Positions 42,724 through 55,090 of a stretch of DNA of 64,000 nucleotides are shown piece by piece. Origin of the DNA: the human T2T-CHM13v2.0 reference genome, Homo sapiens; the NCBI RefSeq assembly GCF_009914755.1, contig NC_060931.1; one strand, given 5' to 3'. A program made the position numbers and the translations under genes. The number at the start of each line of letters is the position of its first letter. The stretch's first letter is position 1. The notes beneath the pieces were generated by a model. The model had not been told where the DNA came from. It searched no databases and saw only the letters and a program-made list of their open reading frames with translations.

Positions 42724-43959
42724 AGTGTAATGACAGAACTTAGAAAGAATGAGAGCTTATCAAACCAGAATTAGAAGAGACATTATAATCATTGAGCATT
42801 AACTTATTACTATGCATTTACAATAATCGAGGAACTTTAAGTGTGTTGTCTCTATACACACAACCAGTCCATTTTATAGAACAAGAAACAGGCTCAGAGA
42901 AATTTAAGTGATTCTGTCCGCTTAAACGCAGTGTATACAGCTCATAAATGGCAGAAGCAGGACACAAATCCAGTCGTCTGACATAAACATGTCCACCCTC
43001 CTCTGTGTCATGCTCCGTCTGATGATGGTAGTACTATGCCTAAGGGAAGACATGTACAGAAAGACTTCAGGAGGGAATATCAAAATTCTAAGAATGCTGA
43101 ACTCTCCAACGTAAAGACAAGTAAAAGAAATGAGTTCATAGTGATCAAGATACATTTTGCTTAGCTAAAAGGCAAGTGGAAATTTGGAGTGGTCTACTAG
43201 AATGAGATAAAGCAGAAAGTTTTTTAGGAGGTAGAGACAATATTTGCCTTAAATAATTATATGAAATTGAAAGCAGAAGACTAGAATAAAAAATTACTAT
43301 TCCTTAAAATCATGTTTTCTTAGCATATGTTAGGTCACAATAAAATGTTTATATGACTATTTTCAATTTAATAAAATATTGGAATATAACATTTTATGCA
43401 CATTTTATTCTTAAACTAGAAAATTATTATGAATCAATGTAAATAGTGATTATCTCTGAGTGGCAGGATTATTGGCAATTTTAATGTCATTTTGCTATTT
43501 TGTATTTTTCCAATTTTCTACAGTAAACTTGTAAAAAATGATAGGATACTAAGTATAATATTTCCAGAAATTTGTCCTGATAACTTTATTTAGGCCATTG
43601 GTCTATGGCTTTTACATTTATAGGAGTTAATATATGAACAAGATAAAAATAAACCAAGAGAAGCCACCCTTCTTAGAAGTGGAGGAAGACCTACTTATAA
43701 CACGTGATACGGAGAGAGCCAATCAAAATATTTCCCTCTCTTGGCTTAAGTTCCTACTATGTGAATGATTCATTTGAATTAAGTCACAGATTCCCCAAAA
43801 GCCATCCATTTAGCATGTAACCTATAAAGTGGGTGGGATTTGCATTCACAAAATTAGTATCCAAGTGGGAAAACACCTTCATCTTGCTTTGTGCGCATGT
43901 CACAAACCCTTGGTAATAACCCAGAGCAATGCTAAATGTCCTGGAAAGTTCTGCTCTTT

Positions 43960-44075
43960 TTTTTAAATAAATTTTTTTGTGTATATTTAAATGTATGGAA
44001 CATGATGTTATGGGATACATATAGATAATAAAATGGTTACCATAGTGAAACAAATGAACATATCCATCATCTCTT
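43960..44075 (-). mobile_element. L1MA-type 3' end fragment
   Basis: ttttgtgtatattta...acatgatgttatgggatacatata...aaatggttac...aacatatccatcatctc. Confidence 0.75.
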
Positions 44076-44634
44076 TCAATGCAAGGAGAGAACAAGGTCT
44101 TTTGTAAGTTAGCCTTGTATTCATTAACAACTTCTCCAGATTTTTCTCATCTATTTTTGTTCTCTCCTTTATTTCCCTCACTCACAGTTCCTACCTCCAA
44201 ATACACAACACTCACAAACAATTCTCCTACGTATTGAGGCTAAGCTCAGCCCGCTGCAGTGGAAATTAGAGTGTCAGTGAGTCATGCAATCTTAACTTGC
44301 CTGCAATCATAACTCGTCTGGCATAACTATACTACTCTCATTCCTTGCTTGACAAGTTTTCACAGTTTAGGATCAATGTCTTCCATTAACAAAGGCAGCC
44401 TTTTATATCCTAAATGACTTTGATTGTTAGAAAGTTCTCTCTCTCATTAAGCCTGAAGATTTTATACCCAGCATGTCTACCCATTGTCTACACATTAAGA
44501 CAAGAGCACCATTAACCCTGGATCTTCCCCTAGGAAAAACATGCCCTAGCTTCTCAGCCATTTTCATGATCATTCTCTCCAAAACGTTCTGTTGTCTTTC
44601 TCTCTCTTTAAGAGTCAGCAAAACTTCCCATTCC

Positions 44635-44800
44635 TCTAAAAGAGTAGATTTTAAATGTTCTTGTCACACACACAAAAGATAAGTATGCAAAGTGATGGAT
44701 ATCTTACTTAGTTTGATTTAATTATACCACAATGTAAGCATATATCAAAACATCACATTGTAGCCATAAATATATACAATTATTATTTGGCAGTTAAAAA
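44635..44800 (+). mobile_element. L1MA/MB-type 3' end fragment
   Basis: agagtagattttaaatgttct...gataagtatg...tgatggatat...atcaaaacatcacattgta...ataaatatatacaatt. Confidence 0.8.
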
Positions 44801-45837
44801 TGAAACTACAATGCAAATGAATAAATTGGAAGACCTTTTTCTGTTAGTCAGAAGAGGATTTTTTTTTAGCAAATTTCCAAGTAGTTGAGGTATTTAATCA
44901 TTATTATGTCCTTACACATATTCGTATCTCACAAGAACTCCTTAACACATGTCAGCCTTAAGCTGGTGAAAAGTTGCTCTGGGGTTGTAAATACTTTTAA
45001 GCAGTGGTCCTCTGGTGCTTTACTGAGACCAGGCCATTTTCTACTCCCAAATAGGACAACAGAGATTAAAATATATGGGGTCTACAATGCTTAGCAGTCT
45101 ATAAACAAGTACCATTCATTATGCAATTTATTTCCTTTATAGGCAGTTCTATCCTTTTACAGAACTCAATAAAAATAACATCATTCCTTCAGAAATAGAG
45201 TGAATCTTGCACAATCTACACCAAAAATATACCTTCAGAATATCTGAAAAAGAACAATCATATATTGTATCTTTTAAAATATTGGTTTTAAAGGTCGTAA
45301 TTCCCCAACGCTATTTCCTTGAAAAGTGTTTTGTTTCCAAAGGTATCTGTAAAGGAGTAACTGTAATATGTGGATCAAGTTAAGAGGAATGGTTAAAAAT
45401 GTAATGCATTCGAAGTTTCTCCCTCATTGTTGAGGAAAGACTCTCTGATTCGAAATAAAGGATGTCATGATTATTTTTATTTTATATATTTCTTGTTAGA
45501 GAAGAAATAGGAAGATGCAGAATGGCATGATTTTTCCACTAAACCATGTGAAGAAGAAATATAAATGTTGGAAGAGAAAATAATTCCTCTCCCTTGACAA
45601 GATAGATAGCATGATGATTCTGCAACAGCTAACAGAATGCAACTATACAGGGGAGAGAGGTATCTGCAATGGCTTTTCACGTTGAGCTGCTAGTTTCTGA
45701 AGCACTAGTGGAACCGTATTTATGCTCCAGGACATTTTTCATTCTGGGAAAAGGTTAATTGATAGGTGCTGTCCACAAAGGTCTGGAATATAAAACCAGC
45801 ACTGCTCTTTAGAACCAAGGCTTAAAAGAAACCAATG

Positions 45838-46090
45838 GAGTATGACACAATGGTTAAGAGTACAGACTTTGGAGTCAGACAGACATGTGCTGTAAATTTG
45901 GCTGTGTCACACACAAGTGGGACTTATAGCAGCTAATTAAAGTCTCTGACTCTCAATTTTCCCATTGGTAAAATGGAGGTACTCCTGCAGGTATGCTGAT
46001 ACTTATCTAAAAGTGCTGTTAAAAATATTAACGTGATAATGCTTATGATATTTTTGGTATATTTCTAATGTCCAATAAACTATAAATAAA
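45838..46090 (+). mobile_element. MIR SINE
   Basis: tggttaagagtacagactttggagtcagacagac...ctcaatttt...taaaatgg. Confidence 0.75.
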
Positions 46091-47017
46091 TGGAGCTGTT
46101 AATAATTATTATTAAAATTTTATAACTTTTGAGCATCTGATGGGTACAGACCAGTGTCAGAATTCCTAACAGAATTATAAAGAATATTTTATACTTTTAT
46201 TTTCTTATTTACAGGATCTTCCCTTGTACCAAAACTGTGTGTATGTTTGCTTCAGAATACTCATGTTTCCTCATCCATGGAGTCAGATTTTCCTACATCA
46301 CACCAATATATATACTCAGGGATTTGAGTACCATTGTTCTCTGCAACCTCTGGCCCTAATACACTAAGCTACAATTAACAAGATTTCAAGGATTGTAAGT
46401 GGACTGTCTTCTGAAAAATAATTGTGTATTAATTTCTATTTACTCCAAAGGAAGTCTTCGAAATGCTACCAATCATACTTGTTTCTGAATGTCATGTTTT
46501 AAAGCATAATGTTATATTCAGATTGTGTCGATGCTCCAAGAAACTAAAGAATAACATAAGATGTTGGTCATCATAAAAGCTTATGTCTAGTTTTGGCTCA
46601 GCCTACAATCATTTTGCAATTCAGTGTGCATGTAGCCAGATGCACAGCAGTTAATGAAAGAGATCTAGACTTACATTGTCAACTTCAGACTCAAAACATG
46701 AATCTCAATCCTGTTTCCACTCACCACTTTTCCTGTGTCTATTACTCTTATTACTGTTCTCTCAAAACTCAAAGACACTATTGATTCCCCTCTCCTCCTA
46801 CGTCATTTTCATCACATTAATTACAGTGTGCCATTACTTTTATATCCACAGTGAAATTTAGCTTTTATTCAAGGCCTCACCAGCCCTTAACAGGATTATT
46901 TAAGGGCTTTTGAGCGAGTCCCTCTGCCTTTAGTTTCTCTAATATCACTCACTCTAAGTTCATTCCTAGTATGATTTTTAGCACCTTATTAGTGCCTTAT
47001 TTTCTCGTTCAATTTTT

Positions 47018-47341
<324 letters not shown>

Positions 47342-48474
47342 TTTTTGTTCAATTTTTAAAATCAATGTCTCTCCAAATTTCTTGGCCTGGCATCAGGGCC
47401 CAAATGGATGGTTCCAAGCCAATTTGACAACTGGTCTACTGTGGATCTTCTACAGCCAAAGTGCACTTAAATTATTCTGTACACTCTCAGTTTATCCCTT
47501 TTTGCATATTCTACTTCTCTTCTTGGACAGTTTTATTCTTATTCTTACTATTCTCCAGGGTCCATCTGAAATTCTCTGCTCAGATAAAATCCCATCTTTT
47601 TCTCCTAATTCTCAGAGTACCTTTTTTATGCGGCTTATTACGTTTTGACTCATAAATATTTATATGCTTATTATCTCTGTTACTACCCCTTAAGCACTTT
47701 AAAGAGAAGTCTATTTTTTATTCTATGTTATAACCACCACCAGCACCCTACTCCCACTCAGAATAAATCAAAGAGGTACAATTTATCTAAACTCATTTTC
47801 TTACCCCTTCCCAAACCTGCCTTCATTTTTGTTTTTCTGATCTCAGCACATGTTCATTCTCTTTAACCCAGGCAGAAAGTCCGACTTAATTGCCAATCTT
47901 TTCAACCCATGTTTTTAAAAGCGTGACTCCCATGAAGTCTTGTCGAATCTGCATCTACAATTTTTCACGTAATTCCATTGCTCTTGGTGTTCCCTTCATT
48001 CTGACTCTTAATTTTAATATTAAAGGCATACACAATCCCCCTGCCTCTAATTCTTCACACTATTCCCTAGGTGATTATTCTTAAAATAAATTGATTCTAG
48101 TCACCCTTATCCTCAAACATTTTTTGTACCTGTTCATTTCTAAAGAAGAAGGCTTCAAATCCTATAGTCTAATACTCAGGTTCCTCATAGTTGGACCAAG
48201 CCTACCTCTTCAAGCTCCCTTCTTTCTGTTCATTCTGTGCTTAGAAACCAACATTCTCTTGGCCATTCTCAAGCTCTCATAGGCCTTGCCTCCACGAGTT
48301 TGGAATATCTCTCCTCCTCTCTTTTCAAGCTCTCTCTACTTTGTTTTTCCAGGTTTGCCACCGAAGGCACATCTTTCATGAAGTCATCTATGACCCTCTT
48401 CACCTTCCTTGTGCATCCACAGGATTTGCATACACTTTATTGTGTATTGAACTATATTTATGTGGATTGAGTAG

Positions 48475-48710
48475 GAGGTAGTGTAGCTTAGTGATAAGGA
48501 ATGACTACTCTGGAGTCATACTGACTGGGTTTGCATCATGGCTCTCCCATTTTCTGGCTGTGTGGCTTTGAGAAAGTTACTTATTTTTCCACAGTTTCCT
48601 CTTTACTGAGATGCATAACAGTGTACACTTCATAGAATAGCTGTAAATGTTAAATAAAATTGTAGGTATAAGTCACTTGGAAGAATTCAAGTGCTCGCTA
48701 TCTATTATTG
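48475..48710 (+). mobile_element. MIR SINE
   Basis: gtgtagcttagtgataag...actctggagtca...ggctgtgtggctttgagaaagttactta...cagtttcct. Confidence 0.75.
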
Positions 48711-49116
48711 TTTGCAGGTATGTTTCTTCTAACAACTCTAAAGCCCTTGGATCCAGAGTCCAGTCTATTATTTATATTCAAATTCTCAGCCAAGTGCTTC
48801 ATTCAAAGTTAGCCCAATAATTATTTGTCAAATTGATTCACTGGAAGCAGATGAAAAAAATCATCAGAATTTCCAAAAAGAGAATATGATTAAATGTTAA
48901 TATTATAATTACAACTCTAATCAGTAGAATACAGATGGGAATCTTTTACAAGTAATCTGAAAGCTTGCAATACATCGTGAGCATTGTTTGAAGTGTGTTG
49001 TTGCCAGAGTGCAGGTTTTGATGAAATTCTTTTCTGTAGTCATGGGCTAAAAGCTTGTCAACTAACTACTCGTGGCCATGAACTATAAGAAAAAGGAAAA
49101 AGAAAAAAAAAAAGTT

Positions 49117-49150
49117 CTGCAATTCAGAACAGAACCTCTAGGTGGCGACT
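49117..49150 (+). promoter_or_regulatory. Candidate bipartite CTCF site
   Basis: Core CCTCTAGGTGGCG at 49135-49147, preceded by upstream-module-like CTGCAATTC at 49117-49125. Confidence 0.55.
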
Positions 49151-50178
49151 CTATCTTCCTTTGTTATTTATTTACCTTAAGCAAGTCAATTAATTCTCTG
49201 GGCTTCATCTTCAAAAAGAGACAGTTGGATCACATGAAATTGTGAATCTCTCCCAGCTCTGACATTTTCTGATCACGAATCTATATAACCCTATTTTTTC
49301 CCACTCATTTTTAGCAGGCATTTCTTCGGTGTCTACCATGATGAAAATCACAGCTGATACAGCACTTATTATTTATAATGAAATGATTCTCTCCATTCTT
49401 TTTATAAGAATAAGGAGACTAATGGTAATATCACGTAACTATGGTCTTAAAGGGACAATTCATGTGAAAGTGCTCAATCTTGGGTTATGGTACATGGCAG
49501 GTGTTAATAAATGTTTATCTTCCTCCTTCCATGTGAAAAATTTCTTTTTGAACATCAAGATTCAGTGCAATTATTAACTTTATTTGTGATGCTTTCTTTA
49601 ACCTTTCTACTTAGGCAAAATCTAACAAAATATTGTTTTAATGCATATTTTAACACTGATGCCCTGATCATACTTTTTGGTAATTATTAATTATATATCT
49701 GTCATTGCAAAAGGTTTTAAACTCCTCCTGGTCGACTGCTATTAAAATATATATTAAACCTTTATCACTAACATGAGACGTGCACATACAAAAATTTCAG
49801 TGAATGTTTGGTGATGAATAGATCGATGAGTGAATGAATTTCAGTTCAGTGGGAGAAGTGGGAAATAGTCTTCCCTTGCCTGGAACACTTTTGGTACTTG
49901 CCAGATTATACTATACTTGAAATCCCACTAATAAAAAGTAACAGAGAGACTTTGATTTTACTAGTAAAAAAATAAGATTGAAAGTATTGTGTCATGGGTA
50001 CAAATAATTTAAGGGTTCATTTTGAGAAATGCTGTACTGTAACACCTGTTTCTGGTGTCACTACAAGGCAAATAAGCCAATTCTGCCTTTCCAGTTTATG
50101 AATATGCCAAAAAATAACACAAATTGTCTTAAAGACTTTCCTCATCTATTGTTAATGTCTTAGCAAAACAAAATGTGA

Positions 50179-50480
50179 GGCCAGGCGTGGTGGCTTATGC
50201 CTATATTCCAGCACTTTGGGAGGCTGAGGCAGGCAGATCACTTGCAGCCAGTAGTTTGAGACCAGCCTGGCCCACATGGCAAAACCCTGTCTCCACTAAA
50301 AATATAAAAATTAACCAGGCATGCTGGCATATGCCTGTAATCCCAGCTACTCAGGAGGCTGAGGCACAAGAATCGCTTGAACCTGGTGGGCAGAGGTTAC
50401 AGTGAGTCAAGATTGTGCCACTGTACTCCAGCCTCCAGCCTGGACAGCAGAGTGAGACTCTATTTAAAAAAAAAAAAAAA
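50179..50480 (+). mobile_element. Older AluS element, full length
   Basis: Complete dimer with decayed CpGs and a small duplication ctccagcctccagcc. Confidence 0.92.
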
Positions 50481-50541
50481 GCATGAAGTTTCCTGACCAG
50501 CTACTCATTTCTTTTGATCAAAAAAAAAAAATGTATTCAGA

Positions 50542-51415
50542 CAAAAGCTATGCAATAGAAATCTAATGTAAGCCACAAATGCAAACCACATATATCACTA
50601 TTCTTTTTAGTAGTACATTAAAAGATCAAAAGGGGGATTTCAGCAATGTAGTTTATTTAATCTAATATATAAAAAGTATTGTCATTTTTCCATGTAATCA
50701 ACATAAAACGACTTGAGACATTTTACATTCTTTTTTCCATACTCAGTCTTTGAAATCTAGTATGTATTTTTTACCTGTAGCACATCTTTGTTTTTAAACT
50801 TTTATTTTAAAAGTTACGTGTGTAGGAGTACATCTGCAGGTTTGTTATATGGGTAAACTTGTGTCATGGTGGTTTGTGGTATAAATTATTTCCTCAACCA
50901 AGTATTAAGCCTAGATTCATTAGTTATTTTTCCTGATCCTCTCCCTCCTCCCATCGTCCACCCTCTGAAAGGCCCCAGTGTGTGTTGTTCCCGTCTATGA
51001 GTCCATATGTTCTTATCATTTAGCTCTCTTATAAGTGAGCTAATGTCTTATTAGCTCACTTTAAAAGTGAGCTCTTATTAAAAGTTCTTATTGAAAGACA
51101 TTAGCTCACTTATAAGTGAGAACATGTGGTATTTGGTTTTCTGTTCCTGTGTTAGTTTGCTGAGGATAATGGCCTCTAGCTCCATCCATGTCCTGCAAAA
51201 GACCTGATCTTATTCCTTTTTATGTCTGCATAGTATCCCAGGTATATATGAACCGCATTTTCTTTATCCAGTCTATCACTGATGGGCAATTAGGTTAATT
51301 CCATGTCTTTGTTATGGTGAATAGTGTAAAGCACATCTTAATTCACACTAGCCACATCTCAAGTGCTCAATAGCCACATGTGGCTATTGGCTACTACATT
51401 TTACCATGCAAGTCT
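50542..51415. mobile_element. MER33-like hAT element split by an L1 insertion
   Basis: caatagaaat...aagccaca...tagcacatct | L1 | agcacatcttaattc...ctagccacat...aagtgctcaatagccacatgtggcta. Confidence 0.8.
50789..51329 (-). mobile_element. 5'-truncated older L1PA 3' end with an internal palindromic insertion
   Basis: L1PA 3' UTR text (tcctgatcctctccctcctccc..., aagtgagaacatgtggtatttggttttctg...). TSD agcacatctt at 50779 and 51330. Confidence 0.88.
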
Positions 51416-51607
51416 AGATGAGGCACAGTTCCAGTAATGGCTACAAGTCAAGAAAAGACAAGTTTCTTCCCAAATATCTTATCACTCAGAAAATACAATG
51501 TTTTCCTAAATTAGCTCTAAAGGCAGTTTGCTTTTTACCTGCATAAGTTTTCTGATAACCTATAGTGTAATATCCCCAAAACTTGCATCTTATATTGCAG
51601 TAGATAC

Positions 51608-51973
<366 letters not shown>

Positions 51974-54055
51974 AATGCTTTCATCTTAGTATTTTTTAAA
52001 CCCTCATGTCCCCTCTAAAAGACTATTCTGTAGGTCTGAGGGTCTAAGAGGTTTAGTGAGATAGCTTGGCTGGAGCTGAAAAGACATTAGCAAAATCATG
52101 AGTTAAAGTTACTCCTTTTTTTTACTCCAAAGTAACTGATCCTTTGAGAAAATATTTTACTTTAATTATAAGTGATTGGTATATAAAATTAATTAATATT
52201 GCTTGTCTTTTATATGATATTTTAGTTTCTTACTTTCATATTAGAAAACAGCCCACTCCATCACTAGTAAATATGCTGTACTCTATCCATGGTTAAAAAT
52301 AAAAGCATTAAAAAGGTTACCTTTTTAAACATATAGGATGATTAAAAGGCATTTATCTTTTAAAATAGTGTTGAATGAAGCCATTTTTATATATATACTT
52401 TTTTTTTTTTTACTAAGAACCCCAGGCAAATGGTGTAGTAAATTTATAAATTTTAATTCATATATATTTGAATTAAAAAGAAAATGCTCAGATAGCAAAT
52501 GTTAATAGCCTAATGACTTTGACATTTCCAGTCCAAAGTTTTGAATGTTCACTGCTTGATAAATGAGCTTTGGACTCTGTTTTTAAAAAAACCTTCTTGA
52601 AGGCAATTCACTTACTTATCCAAATTGATCAATAGCTCTTGTTGGTTTGGAAAATATTAGCTTCTAAAAATTAGCTTCCATTTCTCATTTGGTCTGGAAA
52701 AACACCATGGAAAAGATGCCAAAATTGGTGTAGAAAGCCATTTCTTTGAAACTTCCAAACAGGTAGAAACCTCTGAAATCTGTTAACATACTAATTATAT
52801 TTCCATTATGGCTTAGCACTGCTAATAATTTGGGATCATTCCTGTTCAGTTTTGGGTAGTGGCCAGATAACTGCATTTTCCTTTTGGTTGAAAGATTTTT
52901 TTAAGGATAGTTAATATTTTGAATCATCTGTAGAAATAATGTTAGAATAAAAAAACAGATGATTTGGACTCTGGTCCTAGTTCTACAGCTAGCCAGCTAT
53001 GCTGATTCTCTGGACTTTAGTTTACTTATTTGTGAAATGATGAATTTAGAATAAATTATTTCTAAATCTCTGGTTCATTGCATGACTCAATTATAATTCT
53101 CAACCAATAGGAAGAGAAAACATTTTAATGATGCTTTCAGTGCACACGTACTCAGAATTCTATCCCTTCTTTACCCTCAGCTATTGACTGCTAGAGTCTC
53201 AGGCTACACAAAAAAGCAGAAGCTGTCCAAGACTCGTATCTGCATTGGCCATTTAATGTGCATCTTCACTCATACTTGACTTAGTCATACTTTAGCCTGC
53301 ATCTTCACTCATACTTGACTTGCTCTCTCTTTTTTTACAATAGACAAAGATGAGAATTAATAAAAAAAACTCCCCCTTTAGCTCTAAATCCAATTACCCT
53401 TCACCTACTCAAAGACTTTTTCTCTTTACATATTTATTTTTTTCCCTTTGTACCCCATTATTCACATTGGCATGTAAACATGTTCCAAAATCTCCCCTAA
53501 AAACAGAAAACTTCCTTGACTCCAAAGTCTGTTGCTCTATCTCTACACGGAACCCATCTCCCTTCACCACTAAGCCTCTTGTTTACAATGTCTAGATTCT
53601 CAATTCTCATTATATTTTCAGCACACATTGGCCTGGCCTATATTCCCATTACCTTACTTCAGCTACTCTTGCAAAAGCAAACAATGACAGCCATGTTTCA
53701 GCCTTCATTTTACAAGGAAGTCTCTCCTTCGGTCTTTTCTTACACCACTCTTTTGGTCCTCAGCATATCTCTCTGGCCAAACTTCTCAGTACCTTTTTTC
53801 TGGTTCCTCATTTCTATCCATTCTCTAAATATTACAGTAACTAAAAGCTTTATTTCGGTGGTGTCAACCAAACATATGACCTTAAAAATATTTTGTATTT
53901 ACTAATTACTCCCACACTGATATTTCTAGCACAGCCCTTTCTTCTGAACTCTAGACCTATTTATCTAACAGTCCACAGCATCTCTCTATATTGATCTCAC
54001 AAGCATCTCTACTTTCACAGGTCACAAACAGATTCTTGATCTCCCATCCTACACC

Positions 54056-54108
54056 AGACACACACACATGCACGCACACACACGCAGGCACACACACACA
54101 TGCACACA
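54056..54108. repeat. Imperfect (CA)n repeat
   Basis: acacacacacatgcacgcacacacacgcaggcacacacacacatgcacaca. Confidence 0.85.
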
Positions 54109-54785
54109 GAGTTTTTTTCTAATTATCTACTTCTCAAAAGACTAAACAGAAACTCGATTCTATCATTTGCTTGATCTCAAAATCTGGTAATTATTCTTAA
54201 TACATCCCCTCTATAATGGCATAAAATTGAACACAAAACACAAGGTCTTATCAAGTAACTATCTGTGCTTCTATTTTTTACCACCTCTGCTTTCATTGCA
54301 GTAACCATTGTATCATACATCTTAGTAGCCTCCTAATTACACCTGTGACTTCCTGTGTGACATCAATATATTTTCTAAACTGAAAACCAGAATGACCTTT
54401 ATAATCTTGTCCATTTCCTGCTCAAAAGTTTTCCATAGATCCTTTTATAATTACGGAAAAATCTAAATGTTGTGGCACGTATATAAAGTTCTAATTTTTA
54501 CCCCTATTAGGCTCACTATCTCACTCAATGCCTTCTACCTCCTCCCCCTCAGGTCATACTTCAGTCACCCTGGACTTCATTCAGTTTCTGAAACACACCA
54601 AAGCTTTCCTATCTCAGCATCTTTACTCACGCTATTCCTCTGCATGAAACAATGCTCTTCCCTCTATATGTCTGACTAATGCCTCATCATTCCTGAGAAA
54701 ATATTGCTTCCTCAGAGATGCTTTCCTGATTTTCCCACTGTTAAGAAAGTTATTTTATATTCTTCATAAGCCTATATATTTTCCT

Positions 54786-55090
54786 TTTTTTTTTTTTTTT
54801 TTTTTTTTGAGATGAAGTCTCACTCTATTGCCCAGGCTGGAGTGCAGTGACATGATCTTGGCTCAATGCAACCTCTGCCTCCTGGGTTCAAGCGATTTTT
54901 CTTCCTCAGTCTCCCAAGTAGCCGGGATTACAGACATATGCCACCACGCCCGGCTAATTTTTGTATTTTTGGTAGAGCCGAGGTTTCATCATGTCAGCCA
55001 GGCTGGTCTCAAACTCCCAACCTCAACCAATCTGCCTGTCTCGGCCTCCCAAAATGCTGGGATTATAGGCGTGAGCCACTGCGCCCAGCC
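54786..55090 (-). mobile_element. AluS (Sx/Sz-like), full length
   Basis: Poly(T) tail, complete dimer, TSD tattttcct at 54777 and 55091. Confidence 0.93.
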
